DNA from: Heterodontus francisci
Lineage: Eukaryota
Reading direction: 5' to 3'
Assembly (NCBI RefSeq): GCF_036365525.1
Contig: NC_090400.1
Location: forward strand, 61,290,209-61,354,208
DNA length: 64,000 nt
How positions within the stretch are numbered: the stretch's first letter is position 1; each line of letters starts with the position of its first letter. The notes below the pieces were generated by a model. It was not told where the DNA came from and made no database searches. It saw only the letters and a program-made list of their open reading frames with translations. Positions 59,100-64,000 of the stretch are shown piece by piece. The translations under genes and the position numbers were made by a program.

Positions 59100-60892
59100 G
59101 GTAGTGATGACCAGGAAGGGACAGAGCGGAGCAACATGAGTGCACCATCCAATAGGGTCAGAGCAGGGAAAAATGATAAAAAGACAGAATTAAGGGCTCT
59201 TCATCTGAACGCACATAGTATTCGAAACAAGATAGGTGAATTGATGGCACAGACAGAAATAAATGGGTATGATATGATAACCTTGGTTGCAAGGTGACCA
59301 AGGCTGGGAACTGAATATTCAAGGGTATTTGATAATTCAAAAGGATAAGAAGAAAGGAAAAGGAGGTGGAGTAGCTCTGTTAATAAAGGATGAGATCAGT
59401 ACAGTCGTGAGAAATGATCTTGACTTGGAAGATCAAGATGTAGAATCAGTTTGGGTGGAGATAAGAAATAGCAAGGAAAGAAAATCACTGGTGGGAGTAG
59501 TTTATAGGCACTCTAGCTGTAGCTACAGGGTAGGACAGAGTATAAATCAAGAAATAATGGGGGCTTGTAAGAAAGGTACTTAATTTAATCGTGGATGATT
59601 TTAATCATCTTATAGATTGGACAAATCAAATTGGCAATGGTAGACTTGAGGATGAGTTCATAGAGTGTATTCGGGACAGTTTCTTAGAAGAATACATTGT
59701 GGAACCAACCAGGGAGCAGGCTATTTTAGACTTGGTAATATGTAATGAGACAGAATTGATTAATGATCTCAGAATAAGGGATCCTCTCAGGAAGAGTGAT
59801 CATAACATGATGGAATTCAACAATCAGTTTGAAGAAAGTTGGGTCTGAAAATAGTGTCTTACCTTTGTAATTGCTTTAATTTATGTTTATGAAGACAGAG
59901 TTGGCTAAAGTGGACTGGGAAAATAGGTTAAAAGGTAAGACAGTAGATAAGCAGTAGCAGACATTTAAGGATATATTTCATAATTCTCAACAAAGATACA
60001 TTCTATTGAGAAAGAAAGACTCTACGAAAAGGATGAACCATCCATGGCTAGCTATGGAAGTTAAGGATGGTATCAAATTGGAAAAAAAAGGTGTACAATG
60101 CTGCAAAGGTCAATGGTAGGATAGAAGATTGGGAAAATTTTAGAAACCAGCAAAGGATGTCCCAAAAAAAGGGAGAAATTAGAATGAGAGAGTAAATTAG
60201 CAAGAAATAGAAAAACAGACAGTAAAAGCTTCTACAAATATATCAAAAGGAAGAGAGTAACTAAAGTAAACATTGGTCCTTTAGGGGATGAAACTGGGGA
60301 ATTAAGAATGTGAAGCAAGGAAATGGCAGAGACTTTGAAGAAATATTTTGTATCTGACTTCACAGTAGATGACACTAAAAGTATCGCAATAATAGAAAAT
60401 CAGAGGGCAAAAGAGCGGGACGAACTTAAAACAATCATTATCACTAGAAAAAAAGTACTAGAAAACTAATGGGACTAAAGGCTGACAAATCCACTGGGCC
60501 TGATGGTCCACATCCTAGGGTCTTAAAAAAAGTGTCTGCAGAGACACTGATTGCAATCTTCCAAAATTTCCTAGATTCTGGAAAGGTCCCAGTGGATTGG
60601 AAAACTGCAAATGTAGCGCCCCTACACAAGAAAGGGGGGGAGACGGAAAGCAGGAAACTATTATCCAGTTAACCTAACATTGATCATTCGGAAAATGCTA
60701 GAATTATTACTAAGGAAGTAGTAGCAGGACATTAGAAAATCATAATGCAATCAGGCAGAATCAACATAGTTTATGAAAGGGCAATAGTGTATGACAAATT
60801 TATTAGCATTCTTTGAGGATGTAACAAGCAGGCTGGATAAAGGGGAACCAATAGATGTAATGTATTTGAATTTCCAAAAGGCATTCGATAAA
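59100..60892 (+). mobile_element. CR1 ORF2 endonuclease to early RT
   Basis: LHLNAHSIRNKIGEL, GGGVALLIK, ESVWVEI, PTREQAILDLVICNE, KSDHN, YLNFQKAFDK. Confidence 0.9.
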
Positions 60893-63165
60893 GTAAGGGC
60901 TTGCCATAATCTTCCAGTCTTCCTTGGATACAGGCGAGGTGCCAGAAGATTAGACAGTGGCAAATGTGACACCCTTATTCAAGAAAGTGTGTAAGGACAG
61001 TTTTAGCACGGATAAATGTGAGGTAGTACATTTTGGTAAGATGAATAGGGAGGTAATTTATTACTTGTAAGTTGTAAGTCTAGGTGGAGTAGAGGAAGGG
61101 ACTGGAGGGGATCTTGGAGTACAAATAAACCAATCACTAGAAGTTGTGCCACAGGTTAGAAAGGCCATAAGAAAGGCAAACCAAGCACTAGGCTTTATTT
61201 CTAGAGGGATAGAATTGAAAAGGAGGGAGGTTATTGCTAAACCTGTATCGAACCTTGGTTAGACCACAAAGAGTGCTGGCATTTCTGGTCATCATATTAT
61301 AGAAAGGATATAGAGATGCTAGAGAGGGTGCATAGATGATTTACAATGATACCAGAAATGCATGGCTGTACATCTCAGGAAAGATCGACAGGCTGCATCT
61401 CTTTACTCTTGAAAAAAGAGGCGTGAGCTAATAGAGGTCTTTAAAATTAAGAAATATTTTGATAGAATGGATACAGAGAGAATGTTTCCTCTTGTAGGAA
61501 AGAGCGTAACTGGAGGTCATCAATATAAGATAGTCACCAAGAAATCCAGTAGGGAATTCAGAAGAAACTTCTTTGTGCATAGAGTGGTGAGAATGTGGAA
61601 TTCGCTACCAAAGGGAATGGTTGAATTGAATAGTATAGATGCATTTAAGGTGAAGTGAGACATTCATATGAGGGAGAAGGGAATAGAAGGTTATGATAGA
61701 TTTAGATGAGGAAAGATGGGATGAGGCTCAAGTGGAGCATAAACGTCGGCATGGACTGGTTGGGCCGAATGGCCTGTTTCTGTGCTGTATATCATATGTA
61801 TGTAATATGTAATACAGGCCAATTAGTTTAACATCAGTGGTAGGTAAGGTTTTAGAAACAATAATCAGGGACAAAATCAACAGACAGTTGGAGAGGTTTG
61901 ATCAATTTAGGCGAGTCAGCACAGATTTGTAAAAGGCAGATCATGCTTAACTAATCTAATTGAATTTTTTGATGAAGTAACAAGGTTGATGAAGGGAATG
62001 CGATGGATGTTGTCTATATGTATTTTAAGAAAGCATTTGATAAGGTACCACATAAAAGACTGGTTAACAAAACTGAGGCTCTTGGAATAGGAGGGTCAGT
62101 GTCCAATTGGATAAAGAAAAATTGGCTTAAGGACAGAAAATAGCAAGTCGTGGTAATTTTTCAGACTGGAGGATGGCCGACAGTGGTGTTCCCCCAAGGG
62201 TCAGTGCTGGGACCACTGCTTTTTTTTCTATATATAAATGACTTGGCTCTTGGAATACAGAGTAGAATTTCAAAATTTGCTGATACCAACTTGGAGGTGT
62301 GGCAAACAGTGAGGATGATGTGAACTGCCTGCAACAGGACATAGATAGGCCAGCAGAGTGGGCAGACAGGTGGCAGGTGGAATTTAATACTGACAAGTGT
62401 GAGCTGATGCATTTTGTCAGAAGGAATGGGAAGAGGCAATATATACTTCATGGCACAGTTCTAAAGAGTGTGCAGGAACAGAGGGGCCTCGGGATGCATG
62501 TGTATCGATCTTTGAAGACAGCAGACATAGTGAGAGAGTGGTTAGTAAAGCATATGGGATCTTGTGCTTCCTAAATAGAGGCATAGAGTACAAAAGCAGG
62601 GACATTATGCCGAACCTTTTATAAAGCTCTGGTTAGGCCCCAGCTGGAGTATTGCGTCCAGCTCTAGTCACCACACTTTAGGAAGGATGTGAGTGTCCTT
62701 GAGAGGGTGCAGAGGAGATTTGCTAGAATGGTTCCAGGTATGGGGGATTTTAGTTACAAGGTTAGGTTGGAAAAGCTGGGGTTGTTCTGAGAGGAGATTT
62801 GGTAGCGGTGTACAATATTATGACAGGTTTAGATAGGATGGATAAGGAAAAACTGTTCCCATCAACTGATAGTACAAGGAATAGGGGACACAGATTGAAG
62901 GTTTTGGGCAAGAGTTGCAGGGGGAATATAAGGAAGAACTTGTTTATGCAGCGGGTGGTCATGACCTGGAACTCGCTGCCCACAAAGGAGCGGAGACAAT
63001 CAATGACTTCAAAAGGAAATTGAATGGGTACTGGAAGAGAATAGACTTGCATGGCTACAGGGATCGAGCGTGGGAGTGGGACTGACTGGATAGCTCTGTG
63101 GAGAACCGGCATGGACTTGATGGGCTGAGTGACCACCTCTTGTGCCATAAATGATTCTATGACCT
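60893..63165 (+). mobile_element. Second CR1 (60893-61007 and 61813-63165) with a third CR1 3' end nested at about 61008-61812
   Basis: Sequence restarts at AIIFQ...NVTPLFKK and resumes at YRP.SLTSVVGK after a separate CR1 tail ending (tatgtaa)n. Confidence 0.85.
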
Positions 63166-63721
63166 ATGACATGCCCTGATACAAATCCTGACATAGAAGA
63201 GTACAGGTAAAATAAGGTAAAATTATACAAAGTGAATGATGAAACCTGCTTGTTACTTCCTGGTTTGCCATCTGTGAGAATTCTTTAATGTGATTGGCTG
63301 CTTACCCTGCTTGATGACATCACTGTTGCTGGACGCCAGAGTTCCCCTGTAGCTGGCACACAAACAAAATTAATATCCGGAAAGGTAAAATACATACCAC
63401 AGAGCTTGGTAGATTTTTATAGCCAGTTTTCTTCAAGGTCAGTAGTAAGAGCCATCACTTCACTCCTGACAGCAAAATGTGGCCCCATACTTAACTGCTT
63501 TCTTCCCTAAACAGCAATTAATTAATGTCTGTACTACATTAGAATTTTCCAAACTATTAAGAGTAACATTTACTATAATTCAGAATGTGTAATTCAATAT
63601 AATCCTTAGACTGTTAAAATAATTGTCCTTAGAGTCTGCAATTAGAAAGCTCAGGGTTTTATACATTTTTTGGAATATTATTTATTTCTCCAGCATTTTG
63701 TATATAGCATTTTAAAAGAAA

Positions 63722-63805
63722 TAAAAAGGAAAAACTTCAAATATTGGGAATCTGAAATAACAACAGAAAATACTGGAAATATAGGGCAGGCCAGTCAGCA
63801 TTTGT
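63722..63805 (-). mobile_element. Degenerate PLE-derived short element fragment
   Basis: gaatctgaaataacaacagaaaatactggaaat...caggccagtcagcatttgt resembles 15061-15145. Confidence 0.6.
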
Positions 63806-63814
63806 AAAATTTCT

Positions 63815-64000
63815 AAGTAATTAGGAAGGCAAATGGAATGTTGGTCCTTATTGCAAGGGGAATGGAGTATAAAAGTAGGGAACTTTTGCTGCAACTGTGC
63901 AGGGTGTTGGTGAGATCACAGCTAGAGTACTGTGTACAGTTTTGGTTTCCTTATTTAAGTAGGGATGTACTTGCACTGGAGGCAATTCAGTGAAGGTTCA
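63815..64000 (+). mobile_element. CR1 fragment running off the window
   Basis: aggaaggcaaatggaatgttgg...gagtactgtgtacagttttgg (KANGML...EYCVQFW). Confidence 0.85.

Noticed and set aside
1-64000. Novel multi-gene system (prokaryotic defence, retron or viral type)
   Set aside because: There is no operon-like gene cluster, and no viral, integrase or transposase ORFs. Every long ORF is explained by LINE fragments or tandem repeats.

Overview
This is eukaryotic (jawed-vertebrate) genomic DNA, most likely from an elasmobranch (shark), judged from the HE1/V-SINE-like, SacSINE1/DeuSINE-like and LF-SINE-like repeats and the dense CR1 LINE load. By my approximate manual mapping about two-thirds of the window is decayed, often nested transposable elements (CR1 dominant; also L2, RTE, Tx1, SINEs, Penelope-derived short elements and one hAT-like MITE). 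There are also three tandem arrays: 24-bp and 29-bp minisatellites, and a C-rich array with N runs. Only one convincing host coding exon is visible (57661-57836, + strand; gene not identified), so the window looks mostly intronic. None of the long ORFs in the track is a real host gene. I see no new multi-gene system. The most notable signals are: (1) short TSD-flanked insertions carrying a minimal hammerhead-ribozyme-like motif, one copy forming a 100-bp palindrome; (2) a near full-length CR1 that appears to have inserted with an L1-style 5' inversion, and whose 5' UTR has a repeat/TATA/intron-like architecture; (3) short near-identical tracts with shared inactivating lesions between distant CR1 copies; (4) an LF-SINE-like cluster upstream of the exon. 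Family names come from recalled motifs, not database searches. TE boundaries without a stated TSD are approximate.
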